Below are positions 27,401-41,237 of a stretch of 64,000 nucleotides of DNA, piece after piece; position 1 is the first letter of the stretch, and each line of letters opens with the position of its first letter. This DNA is from Tubiluchus corallicola. Its lineage: Eukaryota; Animalia; Priapulida. The position numbers and the translations under genes were made by a program. The notes under the pieces were generated by a model. That model saw nothing but the letters and a program-made list of their open reading frames with translations, had not been told where the DNA came from and did no database searches. The stretch spans positions 434,001-498,000 of the forward strand of contig JAQGDQ010000018.1 of assembly GCA_030141605.1 (NCBI GenBank), written 5' to 3'.

Positions 27401-30400
27401 CACAGTGTCAACACCTTCTATCACTTTCTTAGGTTTATAAAAACCAAATCATATGTAAATAATAAAAATGTATATGCCTTACCATTTGGCTGCCTCTGTT
27501 TGTGAAACACGTGAATGCCAAATGGCCGAGAAACGTTTACAACAGGTGCTAAATCTGCACCAGTAAACTTGTTAAAACGAACTATCATTTTCTTCATGCG
27601 GTCACTTCCATACAGGTATTGTTCAAAAACTGTGATGCGAAACAAACCATTTGACTATAAAAACAAAAAAGACAAACATTTTGCAGAAAATAAATAATAG
27701 AAATAATATATTTTGAGGAAAACAACAAAAAACTGGTACAATTTTCAATTTATACAATGGCTCCTCTTTTCTCACAAAGAACTAAGCAGATTTCTGATTT
27801 TTCTAGCAAAAGTAGAGGAAAATAATCAAAACTCGGAGAGGCGACACTTCACATCGGAACAGGAAACATGCAAAATATTGAAACACAGTTTTCAAATTGG
27901 CATAAATATATTCAATTTGATTCAACCACGTCTCCAAAGTTAAGAAAATTCCCGTTGTTGCTGCAGTGAAATAATAATAAGGAAATCATATCATTATAAC
28001 TCGACCGTGAACCACTCGTGTGAAAAGTTCTCTTAGAACTAAAGATGGCTAGTTTTGGCGTGCTAACTCTAAGTATTCGCCATATCTGTGAATGTCAGAA
28101 ATAGTGTATCAATGCAGAAAAAAGCTCACACATATCTGGTAACCCTGGAAAATTTCCCAATCGCGAGCTTGCTGATTGCCAATAAAATTGAAGAGATGTA
28201 TATGAACATTAAAGTACACAAACTGAATAGCGTATACCAAACTTAAGTACCTACCTCCGAAGTAAGGACCCTGGCTCTCATTGAACCATCATATTTCATT
28301 CTTTCCACTCTACCCAGATGTTGATCAACCCAATATACGTGTTCGCTAGCATAATCCAACGTGACTGCAAAAAAATATAACACCTCATACCACTTAAAAA
28401 TTCCTCTGTTTTGTAATATCTAATAAAAATAGCAAAGAAGGCGTAGGGTGAAGAATGCACAAAATCTGAATTTTTCTCTCCATTTGTGGCAGCCCGACAT
28501 GCCTTCTCCGATTTGAATAGAGTACTCAGTTTAAAATTGTTAAAGTCGCTTAGCATTATTTTCAAAGTTGCTGAAGCATTCACATACCAGCCTGTGAGTT
28601 AACAATCTGTTCTTTCACTAACTGTTTTCTGTGTGATCCATCCATCCATGCCCTTTCTAGTTTTGATGACTGAGAGTCCCAGTCAGTATAGAACATGTAC
28701 CTGGAACAATGATGAATGATTATCCAAAGCCATCTGATGTTGAAATTTTAAAAAGCATTGGTTTTAAAAAATATTGTTTGGTTAGGGCAATACGAACGGC
28801 GATAATTTTTTGCTGCTAAGTGAAAAATTTTTGTTGATATTACATTACGAAAAAATTTGGAAAGAACGATGTTATAACAGAATCAACATTCGACGATATA
28901 AAACAAGACAAAATGAAAGCTCTTTAATGCTATCATTACTACCTTTCTGATAGAGGTTAGTTCATTTCAAACTTATGTTATTCTAATATGCAGTCTAAAT
29001 GACAGAAGTGACAAATTTGTAATTAAGTTCAATCGAATGCACAGATAATTTAGGTTACACCAAGTATTGTTTAGTCTCCATTATATCTTCACGAAAAGAT
29101 AAGTGTGTTACATGACATTAAAGGGTAGCTTCAATAGCTATCTATGTGTTTGTTGATGTTTTCCTATAATAATACAGTAACATTATTTAGCAATGTTTGT
29201 TATGATTTAAAAAATAAATAGATAATCAATTTACCTACAGGTAAATTTTTGATTTTTTAATGTTACCTTAACAAACTATATTTTTTGTTAGGGCTTTGCA
29301 AATTTGCACAAAAAATTTTCTGTAAAGAACAGTAGGATAAACTGCATCAATATTAGCTTTGCTATAGAAAGTCTAAAATAAATAATAAACTACCAAAAAT
29401 GATGAAAAATAATATTCTTGTAGACCACTGCTGCATGATAATCTGAATACATTATGACCAATTATCAATGACCCAGTAAGTATAAGTGAGTAGTAAGTTA
29501 GATAAAAAATAAACTTTATGAAAATCTTATAATAACATCAAAAATGATATTGTTGCAGTCAACTGCTAAGTGATAATGCCGAAATCTGAATATATTATAG
29601 TAAAATACCATACTTACCCTTTCGTTGGATCAACAGCAAGGCCACGGGGTTCTTCTAAATTTGTTTCAATGACAATATAGCAAATGGAAAGGTTATAATT
29701 GCAAGCAAATATCATATCTTGATCTTCATCAACAAAATACCAGTTGCCCGATATCCAGTCAAGTGCCATATCCACAACACCTTCTAACGAAAATGCAGCC
29801 GAATAATTCCATTTTTCATTCAAGTTTTCAGTATCTAATGATGAGCACGAAAACTCCTTCGCTGACTTTCTTGTTGTTATCTGCAATGTTAACATAATGA
29901 ATTTAAATGTATATGATAAAATGCAATACTACTAAGTGCCATGTTGAAATGCCAGTTAACTGCTGGTGCAAGTGCTGCATTTGCATGAGTTTGACTTGGA
30001 TCATAACGCTACATGTAAAAGATGTAAAATCGCCACATACTATTACTGAAAATATTAATGTAATTATAATAAATACTTTACTCTGGTAAAGAAATGTACT
30101 CCAAATTTAGATTAATTCAGAAGTATCATATAACTTTACAGAACTAGTCACTGGTCAGTGATGCAGAAAACGGGTAAGATTTGCAAAGTTATGAAAAATG
30201 TACCATTGAAAACACTTAAAGATTCAGATGATGGCTCTACATAAACTCTAGCAAAAACATAAAGTTAGTCAACAGCACTTACCCAACAGAGTGAGCGGTT
30301 TCGGTGGTTAAAGTCAAAAATGGCGTTAGGGGCATCTCTGGCACTAGGCACTTTTAAACTCATTTTCAGTGCTGTACCATTCAAATAGCCTTGCTCAATA

Positions 30401-33400
30401 CCCCTCTGAGTGACATATAATAAAGTAGCAGGTTCATTTTCATCTGGCTCTGGAAAGAAGCAATTTCGTGATGATGTTACTGTTTCAGATGAATTTTAAA
30501 ATGTTGCGATTTTGTATTTAATTTTCATGGCTCATTTATTTCCTGTGGTAGCTACACTGTACACATGCTGCGAACACTAAAAATGTGGCTTTATAGTAGG
30601 CAAATCTCGATCATTATAACAAGGGTGAATACAGAACAGTTTACCTCATCCACTTTGTGAAAGTATATATATTTCAGCACCAAAAATGATAAAACTGAAC
30701 AATGACAGGTAAAACGTAAATACTTTTGGTAAATTCAGTATAATGAATATGAATCAGTAAGCCCATACAAGTCAGATAAATGTAATAATTATTACACGAC
30801 AATAATTGCACATGAATAGCATCATAATATTCTCAAGATCTAATTACATGACATTACAAGTGTAATTAGACATTTACAAATTCTGAGAAAATGAAATATT
30901 CTCTTGCAGCATTAGGAGTCGATTATCGTCTAGCTTTTCTGTATTCTAATCACAATATTAACAAGGCTAATCTAAACACATATTTTAAAACTATCCACAG
31001 AATAAAATCCTAATTAAAACAGAAAACCTTGTCAATTTATACAGAAGCTGCCAACAAGAAGATTTCATAAAAATTGCCAGCAGATAAGCAGCAATCATTA
31101 TCGTTTAAGCTAATTGATTAATGTATTAAGCTTAACTAGTTATTGCACATTATGAAATAGAATGAACTTAAGAAGCAATCATCATTGTTTCAGCTAACTG
31201 ATTAATGTATTAAGCTTAACTAGTTACTGCACATTATGAAATAGAACCAACTCAAGGAGCAATCATCATTGTTTAAGCTTACTGCACATTATGAAATAGA
31301 ACCAACTCAAGGAGCAATCATCATTGTTTAAGCTAAATGATTAATGTATTAAGAACGCGTCCGCGAGAAGACCATGCAAAATCGAAAAATTCCGGCACAA
31401 GGCTAGGTAACCGATTCCGACCAAAGTTCGGGTATGAGGTCCACTAGTCACTACCATTCACTATGTGAATCCGTTTGGTCCAACTCCTCGTGGTAGCAGA
31501 GGTACAGCATAGGCCGATTTTCATGAAAAAAGTACCTATTTTTCTCTATTTTTTGCCTATATTTGAAGGATTAGCCATGCAGCAACCACTGAGTTTGAAT
31601 AGATCTGACTCTGCACAGTATTGGTTCTTGCTATCTTCTCCAAAATGACTTTTTTACTTTTGTCCCAAACCCGCCTCTTTCGGCTCTACTGGGGGTCTTT
31701 AAGCTCGCATTACGCACAAGATGCAAATACTCCGTCATTTCAAAGTCTTATATCTCACCCACTGCGGGGGCGGGAACAAAAATATCGATATGTATGTGAA
31801 TAGAGCATCACATCCCACTATGCTATAGTGACAATTTCGATAGAGCGAATTTCCACCCTATTGTAAAAGACCCCTGAAAGAGGCATATATCAGGGTGAAA
31901 ATATGGGTAACAACGTTCATCAAAAAGCTTCGTGTAGGTAAACGTGAGTTGTCAAATCTTGTCAAAATACTTCAAAACGTCATAAATATTCATCTTCGGC
32001 AACTAGGGGCCTGAACAGCACATTGGTTAAACTGCCGACAGGACTGGACGCTAGCATTCAAGATGGCGGCCACTGCTGAACTGAAATGTTCGTTTTCTGG
32101 GCTGTTTACCAGCGTTAAATGCGGTATTGTGACTAGTTATCCGCACGAAACGAATATTGCGAATCTATTAGCCTGCACTAAAGACACTAGACCACATTTA
32201 GAGCGCTTCCATCTTCAAACAAATGAAATATCTACGGAATGGAAATTGCTTCTTGCAAGGACTGGAAAATGTTTTATGTACTGTTTATTTTCTATGCTTT
32301 GTAAATGTTATATACAGGTTACTACCTAGATATTATTCATTGTCTTACATAGGCGTACAAGCCAGGACACAAAGAAAATTGCCCTAAATCTGAGCGAATG
32401 CCCAAAAAATATGGGACAGACTTCCCCCAAAATATCATTTGTCCGGTGATTTTTTGACTGTAAAACATCGAAAATTTTTGTGCCATTGGCGCAATCATTC
32501 AATCACACTATTTGTATTTTTTGTCAGAAGTATTGATTTAGTGCCACAAATAAATTTTGGGCGAAGAAAAATTTTCTGAGCTAAATATCACAGCCATCCC
32601 CCTAGAAGCGGCCCATACGCTTATATTGTCTCATGTTTAGACTGTAAGATTTTCGCTTTATCACTTTCCCCATGATATATTTGTCTATATTTCTGTATCT
32701 ATCTTCTAGTGCTAATCTACCTGCATCGATAATTCTTTCTCTATTATTTAGATATTATGGTTTTGATTACTTGTACTACTCTTCAGTGATAGGATTATGC
32801 TGCTACAATAGGAACAGTATTTTGGACTTAGAGAAATTAATTCTGACTGAGTTTTGTAGTTTTTCATTTTTGTACTGATATTCATAATCTTCTATGTATA
32901 GCCATGAAGCTTATTCATATAAAAAGTATAAAAAATTAATGGATTTCTATTTTATATGTATATACCGAATGTTGTCAGATTTTTTCGCTAGCAATGACTC
33001 TCAATCTTAACAATCGGTACTTCTTTCCTATTAGAGGGCTTATTGTTTAGTCTTTCCTGGTATCCATTAGCGATTCAGTGTGTAGAGAATGCCCTGAATC
33101 AGAGTCGGACTCGGTACTAGGGGCATGCATGATGTCCTGTCCTGAAATCCACCAGGAGAGGCAATTATTCATATTTGTAGTCATATGAAAATTCCGACTT
33201 AACTAAACCAATTTAAGATGAAATTCGCAAATTTCTAGCAATTTGCATGGCAAAGGAATCTATTGCTACTAGGAAATGAGAGCACTAGTCACAGAAAATG
33301 CAGGTTAAACGTGGCTAAATGTTTACTGTCATATATGACCTGAGCCAAGTATGTCTACTTTTTACACATGGACGGAATTACTATGGAAAGTAAAAAAATG

Positions 33401-36400
33401 TGTTGATATGGTAATTTTTTCTAACAGTGCCCCCTCTATATAATGTCATTCATGATATTATCTCAGCTCGTGCGTTTTCATGAAATTTAGAATACATATT
33501 TGTCACTTATAATCCAGCACACAGAAAAAAAAAAAATTTAAAAACTACAAAAAAGGCGACTTTTGCAGATTTTTGTGAAATTTTAAAGTGCCAGTACTAA
33601 ATACTGAAACAGGCTCCAGCGAATTTTCTTTTTTATATTATTAGTGAGGATGATGGTTAACACATACATGAAAACCAGAAGTTCTGTAGCCCCGCAGTGG
33701 GCGAGTTATGAGCCTTACAACTTAACCTCTCCCTGGACTCTTAACAAAGAGCCGAATTTAAAAAATCCCGTTCTCTGATACTATTAATAGTATGTCAGAA
33801 AAAGTTAGGATATCAGAAGACAATGTCTGGGTCTATGTACCAGCCAACTTACATCGACCAATCTATAATAGTTTATACAGGAGAAAAAGTTAAAATAACC
33901 CCCCAAAATAGCGATTTTTTGCCTCTTTTGAGGTCAATTTCTTGATGTGGTCATTTCTCGGCTAATAGTAGCTCGATCGATTTGATATCTTGGTTAGATG
34001 GTTTTGGGGGGTCGCCCTTCATGTTAGAAAAAAATTATATAAATTCGTCACCCCTCATGTGCCACCCCCTGCATGGTGCTCTCGCGGACTCGTTCTTAAG
34101 CTTAACTAGTTACTGCACATTATGAAATAGAACCAACTCAAGGAGCAATCATCATTTTTTAAGCTAAATGATTAATGTATTAAGCTTAACTAGTTACTGC
34201 ATATTATGAAATAGAACAAACATAAGGAGCAATCATCATTGTTTAAGCTAATTGATTAATGTATTAAGCTTAACTAGTTACTGCACATTATGAAATAGAA
34301 CCAACTCAAGGAGCAATCATCATTGTTTAAGCTAAATGATTAATGTATTAAGCTTAACTAATTGCTGCACATTATGAAATAGAACCAACACATAATAATG
34401 GCCAAGTCACTAATTATAGAAACTTACCATTTATTGCCAAACAATTTTTTGAATCTGAACTAAGTTGATAGCCCTGTATGCAGGAACATTTGAAACTGCC
34501 ATCAAAATTAGTACACGTTTGATCACAGGTATCATCATAAGCACATTCATTTGTGTCTGAATAAAAAATGAGAAAAACTTATAACAAAAATTCAGTGAAA
34601 AGAGTAACTACTTACAAAGATTTCTTAATGAAAAATTGCACATTATGTGGTGTAGAAACTGGGCCAGATCAATCACTTCAATTATTTCACAAATGATGTA
34701 ATAAATACTGGAGGCTACATTTTATCTAATTTTAACTTGTGGAAATTAATGTTTTTTACTATTTGCAATTAGACCTATTTGCTTCTTTATCTGGAAAGTG
34801 CAATGCTCTTTCCTAACTGGCAGCCTCATTTGATATATTCACTACACATGCCTATGCAGCCTATAGTTGCAGGTATTGTTATTATAATAATTTTTTGCCA
34901 GAACTTGCCCTAGATGAATGAGAAATGAAATTACTAAGTTAAAAGATTTATACGGAAAGCAGGATGATTTCAGACAAGGCTCACAAGATCACGTATATTA
35001 TGATCTAAAAGACTTAAGCACTTACACTAATTGCCAAACTGTTGCTTATATTGAAATATTAGCTTAGAAAAGTAATTGTCAGCCCAGAAGAAAAACTCAA
35101 TATAAGTTTTGCACCAATTGTTAAACTGAATTCAAATTTCAAATTTCAATTTTCATTCTCTTATGCTGAGCTAATCAACGACTCCATGATGCTACCTGGC
35201 ATCTAGTAAACTAAACTGCTTAATCGAGCAATTCCGCATTAGATTGTTTTTGTTCATGCACAGTCAGCAAAATTCGCTTAAAATCATAACACATACCTAT
35301 GCAATCGGTTCCATTTGGCTCATACCCGGGTCGACAGTAACATGCTGGACTGCCGTCTACAAAGACTGTACAACCCATTGAACAATGAGTTGTCATATTA
35401 CTGCAAATAGCAGTTTTGTTATCTGCAATAAAACACCAATATTTCATCTCAGCCATTCAGTATGATGGAATGTAGGCATACATGAAAAACTGTATTACTT
35501 ATCGATACAAATTTGATCAATTCATTACCATAAAACCGTTTCAAGCCTTTTAGCATTTAATATCAGGTAAGCTGTTCTTCATTAATCACTCAATTATTGC
35601 CATGTTTTAAAGAACTCAAATGATCATCACCATCATTCCTGACATAAGATGTACTACAGAATTCATTTTCATCACCATCATTCCTGACATAAGACTTACC
35701 ACAGAATTCATGTTCGTCGCTACCATCTTGACAGTCTTTTTGTTTATCACACACTAGATTGGATAGAATGCAGTGAAACCCATCCGTACATTGAAACTGA
35801 TTAGGTCGACAAACTTTTACATTGTGCATGCCTGAAAAACAGTATGCCTTAACATTAATTTTAATGCACCAGTGTTTACTGACAATAGAGTTTCATATCT
35901 GGACAATAAAATGTTGAATAATAATCGAATAATTAAATCTACCTCAGAAGCCACTGTCGCCGCAAAAATTAGCAAACATGTGTAAGAACTCTTAGAGATT
36001 AATAAGAGAATACATATAATTTAATTATAAATTACTTCATTAAATATGTACGCGTAATTATTCAGTGTAATATGTAGTATATTCAGTAGACATGTGTAAT
36101 ATGTCTTATGAAAATCAGTAAAAATGCAGTGAATTTTTAAATATGAAATTAATATTGGACAGAAACTAAGACATCAAGACATGCATTTCTTCTATAGGTT
36201 ATAAAATTATGAGATGAATAAGTCAAATTTCTGTTTACTGTTAAATGCAAGTTGATAAACAAGTTGACATTATCTGCAGAACCATATACAGTATGGTTAG
36301 CAAATTATAACTGTTTGCTAATCTGTAAATTTTAGGTTTTCTGACTGGTTCAGTCAGGAAATACTTCACTTACATATAAATGAAAACCTAAGAACATTTG

Positions 36401-39400
36401 TCTACTAATGTTTGTGTTTTATAATCACAGGTGCCTAGAATGACCTAAGGGCAATACTGGACAACATTGTGTAGTTAACTCACATTCACAATCATTCAAA
36501 AAGAGCCTAAGGATAGCACTGCTAAGCATTGCTAAACTTTTTTCAGATAACATTATGCAAGATACGCAAAACTGAATATCAACGAAGCTATTATTTTTAT
36601 GGACATGCTTGTCAGTTTAAGTTATTAAAACTAAGTAATCAATCTTTTTTTCAATCAGTAATTGATTTCAAATTGACTTGAAAGTATTTCTAGTTTGCCT
36701 AATGGTACCTGACAAAAATATTTGAATCCAATCCCAAAACAGACAGCACTATGCAACAGTTACACAATAGCTTAAAGCTACTGTGACACAAGGTAAGTAA
36801 AGGCTTACAAGAGCCACAAAACCGATATTTAACATATAACAGTAGAGGCCTGGAGGTCTACAAGACCGCTTACAACGTCACATTAACAAATGATCAGACT
36901 AGAGGCCAAATGTAAGCAAAGAAATGACCAATGAGTGCTGTTTAATCCCCCACCCCTAGTAATTTTGATCCAGATTTACACTCTTCTTGTTATACATTCC
37001 TCGCTTATAATTACATAGAAACTCAAACTCTACTTACAATTCAGTTCGTCTTCCCCTCCTTTGCAATCTGCTTCACCATCACATTTCCATCCCAGGGGAA
37101 TACACAGATCCCCTTCTGTGCCATTACAGCTGAAGTAGTTGGGACCGCATGTTGCTGGCTCTGAAATCAGCAAAAAACATTATTCCATTTCCTTACACGT
37201 CCAAGTGATAAATTTCCTAATTCCTTCGGCTAAAATAATAATGGAAACAGTCGGATTTTTCTGATGTAAATTATGGCAAGACGTACGTGCGAACTTTACT
37301 AAACAACGTAGAAGAAATAAATCAAGTCACAAGCAGCTAGGGAAATATATTTTTCTCGGTTGTTTCTTGGTTAGGCGCACAATTTGTAACAGGGTAACAG
37401 CCATTCTCAATTTTATCGTAGACCTGGTTAAGCGCACAATTCGTAACAGTCGTTTTCCATATTGTCGTACAGCTGGTAAAACGCTCAACTCGCAACAGCC
37501 ATTTTCCCATTTTGTCGTACAAGTGGTTAAGCAACAATATGTAACAGTCATTTCTCATTTTGTCGTACAGCTGGTAAAACGCACAACTCGCAACAGCCAT
37601 TTTTCATTTTGTCGTACACCTGGTTAAGCGTACAATTTGTAACAGCCATTTCAGATTTTGTCGTACAAGTGGTTAAGCGTACAATTTGTAACAGCCATTT
37701 TCCCATTTTGTCGTACAAGTGGTTAAGCGTACAATTCGCAACAACCATTTCCCATTTTGTCGTACAAGTGGTTAAGCGTACAATTTGTAACAGCCATTTT
37801 CCCATTTTGTCGTACAAGTGGCTAAGCGTACAATTCCTAACAGCCATTTTCCATTTTGTCGTACAAGTGGCTAAGCGTACAATTCGTAACAGCCATTTTC
37901 CATTTTGTCGTACACCTAGTTAAGCGTACAATTTGTAACAGCCATTTTCCATTTTGTCGTACAAGTGGTTAAGCGTACAATTTGTAACAGCCATTTTCCA
38001 TTTTGTCGTACAAGTGGTTAAGCGTAAAATTTGTAACAGCCATTTCCCATTTTGTCGTACAAGTGGTTAAGCAACAATTCGTAACAGTGATTTCTCATTT
38101 TGTCGTACAAGTGGTTAAGCGCACAATTCGCAACAGCCATTTTCCATTTTGTCGTACAAGTGGTTAAGCGTACAATTTGTAACAGCCATTTCCCATTTTG
38201 TCGTACACCTGCTTAAGCGTACAATTTGTAACAGCCATTTCCCATTTTGTCGTACAAGTGGTTAAGCGTACAATTTGGAACAGCCATTTTCCATTTTGTC
38301 GTACAAGCGGTTAAGCGTACAATTCGCAACAACCATTTCACATTTTGTCGTACACCTGGTTAAGCGTACAATTTGTAACAGCCATTTTCCATTTTGTCGT
38401 ACAAGTGGTTAAGCGTACAATTTGTAACAGCCATTTTCCATTTTGTCGTACACCTGGTTAAGCGTACAATTTGTAACAGCCATTTTCCATTTTGTCGTAC
38501 AAGTGGTTAAGCGTAAAATTTGTAACAGCCATTTCCCATTTTGTCGTACAAGTGGTTAAGCAAAAATTCGTAACAGTCATTTCTCATTTTGTCGTACAAG
38601 TGGTTAAGCGCACAATTCGTAACAGTCATTTTTCATTTTGTCGTACACCTGGTTAAGCGCACAATTCGCAACAGCCATTTTCCATTTTGTCGTACAAAAT
38701 GCCAGAACTCAAGGCATGTTTAACATGTACTTTGTATGGTCTTTCACCCAAAAACACGGCAGGGAAGCACATATTACAATTATTTTATTTTATTTTGACA
38801 GATAGGTCTAAACTTACATAAATGAAGTATGCACGTAACATACAGTATGTACAGACGTTATACCGTTCACAGAGAGGTTTGCCGCTCTTCCTTTTAGTTA
38901 AATGCGAAACTCACCACATTATCATGGCCAGAATCACATGAAAAAGCCCACAGCAGAAGGATAGGTCCCTGTTGCCCGGGATTCGGAGTAAGTCATCATT
39001 TTCTAAATTTCTAACTCACCAAAAACAGGTAATACTAAGCACGGTTGATACAACAAAAATTTGCCTATATGATCATTATTAGCATGTACTAGAAGGTGCA
39101 TCCTGCACAGTCTTCAAGTTATTTAAAGAATTCACACTTTGAATTCATCTTGAAACACCGTCCAGTCGATAAATCCCAATTCGAAAGGTCATGTAAATGC
39201 ATATAACATAAACAGTGTGTTTATCTTGCACCATTTATTGTTTGCATTCAAAATTTACGATTCTGAAATTAATCTTGAAATACCAACCAGGGTCAAATAG
39301 ACATCACCAAATGTAAGCCTCAATATGGTTTCTTATGTATTAATTCACTGCAAATTTTTTGTCTTGCACCGTTTTGAAATACGCAACATTTTTGAAGAAG

Positions 39401-41194
39401 TGACCTCAGACTTAGAACTGAGTTGACCTAAAGTTAATAAGGTCATGTTGTAATATCGTCAATGGAATCAAGAAATGTCGAAAGGGTTAATAGCACACGT
39501 ACTTGTTTTCAGCATGCGTGGGTACATCATTACTTACACGCAAATCGGCGAGCTTTCATAATACAGCTGAATCACCAAGAAGATACTGCAGTGTGCATAA
39601 AGTGATCAACTGACAATCCTGTAGTGATTTGAAGGCCATAGGTTGTGCATTGGAGAGCAGACTCAGACGCATAATTTAAAAAGTAACTTCACTACACTTT
39701 TATTGATATCAGACTGTAGTACCACAGGCCTTGAAAACAGAAACGAATTCGCTATGGGATCAGAAAAACTCGTTCAAGGTTTACTTTACAGAAACACGAG
39801 TCGACATTTATGTATAATGTATATGTCACCCGCCGCCATGTGGCACTCTGAGTCCCGCTGCAAAGTAAATTTCAGAATACCATATGCCAAATGCCAAACA
39901 TAAATTGATACCGATGTCACAGTAGTGAACTAATACGGGTTTTGGCACTTATTAGGCGCTAATGACATTACAAATCGCTTTGCTAACTAATACAGGCGCC
40001 ACACATTGTATTTTGCTATATTTACATGATTAATAGAAAATCACTTCCCTAAGCTACAATTTTAGTGGACATGTTCTATAACTTCCCTTTATTTTTTATC
40101 TGGCTGACGAATGATGCGCCTTAATTTTGCGACAATTTCAAAAATATCATTAACCGCATGGTTTATAATTATCAAAATTTAGGAAGTCCAAATTAAATCC
40201 TTTAAATTTTTAATTATGCCGCAGTCATCGATCTAAATTGCATCACAAGTTACAAAAGGACTGCACTCTGCCCGAACAATGTTGCAACTGTTAAGTTTTT
40301 TCACAGCTGTCGGTGAAACACCCACTATATTACGTTTTTTTGCTGTTAATTAACTTTTTTGCATTTAGTTCAATCGATGAATAAAGTATTTCCTTTGACT
40401 TTCATATGGTTAAATACATAGTTGATACAGATCACGCTATTTTTACAAACTTATGTTAAAGGACAAGAAAATGGGTACCTGAATTAGGTTTCAGAAAAAT
40501 CGCCTTAAAAATAATATTACTTTACCGCAGTTTTATGCATATATCGTACTCGCGTTGAAAGGATTTTTTGTTTCTTTTCGCTTACCTACTGGAAAGACTA
40601 TGTAATTAGAAAAAAAAATTATTAATTACTTAAAAATGTTTTCACCAATTGGTAAAATGTCGCTGACTCACCCTCCGGGGTGCGCCATTCACTAACCAAA
40701 AACGTATTTTTAATCTTATTGACAAGATACAGTAATTCAAAATTTTACTTACTTAGTGACGTGTGTGCTACGAATGCTCTGATTATTTTTTCAGACTTTA
40801 CACAATGTTATCTAAACTTGTTTCAAATAACCTGTTGTCAAAATGGCTGCGTCTAACGGTCATCGCGGAAGAATAAATTTACATGTTTTATACAGCGTGA
40901 CAGCCGATTAAAGTCCTGCATGCAAAAAGGCTGTGCAAGTGGTATAAAATTTCAAGACGCATTTTTAAGCTTTATGTAGTGGAAGGTTTTCTTGTGCTTT
41001 AATAATCGGCAACACCAGCCGTGTATCTAATGCCTATACGTGCAATTCGTGACATCTGTTGACAAAGTTGAGAAAACGAAAACATTATAAGCTAGCGCCC
41101 TTTTCAAGTGTACGTGTGATCAAATATATTACATGTTAGTTTAGTTGAACCAGAATGAGATTATTATATATACGTATGCATATATCGTAATGGT

Positions 41195-41237
<43 letters not shown>

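Noticed and set aside
37327-38697. 49-bp array as a CRISPR array or as the repetitive Cys-rich ORFs in the ORF track
   Set aside because: Head-to-tail monomers with no unique spacers, no cas genes, eukaryotic intron; the ORFs are by-products of the repeat and shift frame with 1-bp unit indels
40671-40690. Minus-strand ATGGCGCACCCCGGAGG|GTGAGT mini-exon as an alternative LRP1 start
   Set aside because: Ends in phase 2 while the next exon needs phase 1, encodes no signal peptide, and lies in TE-like sequence
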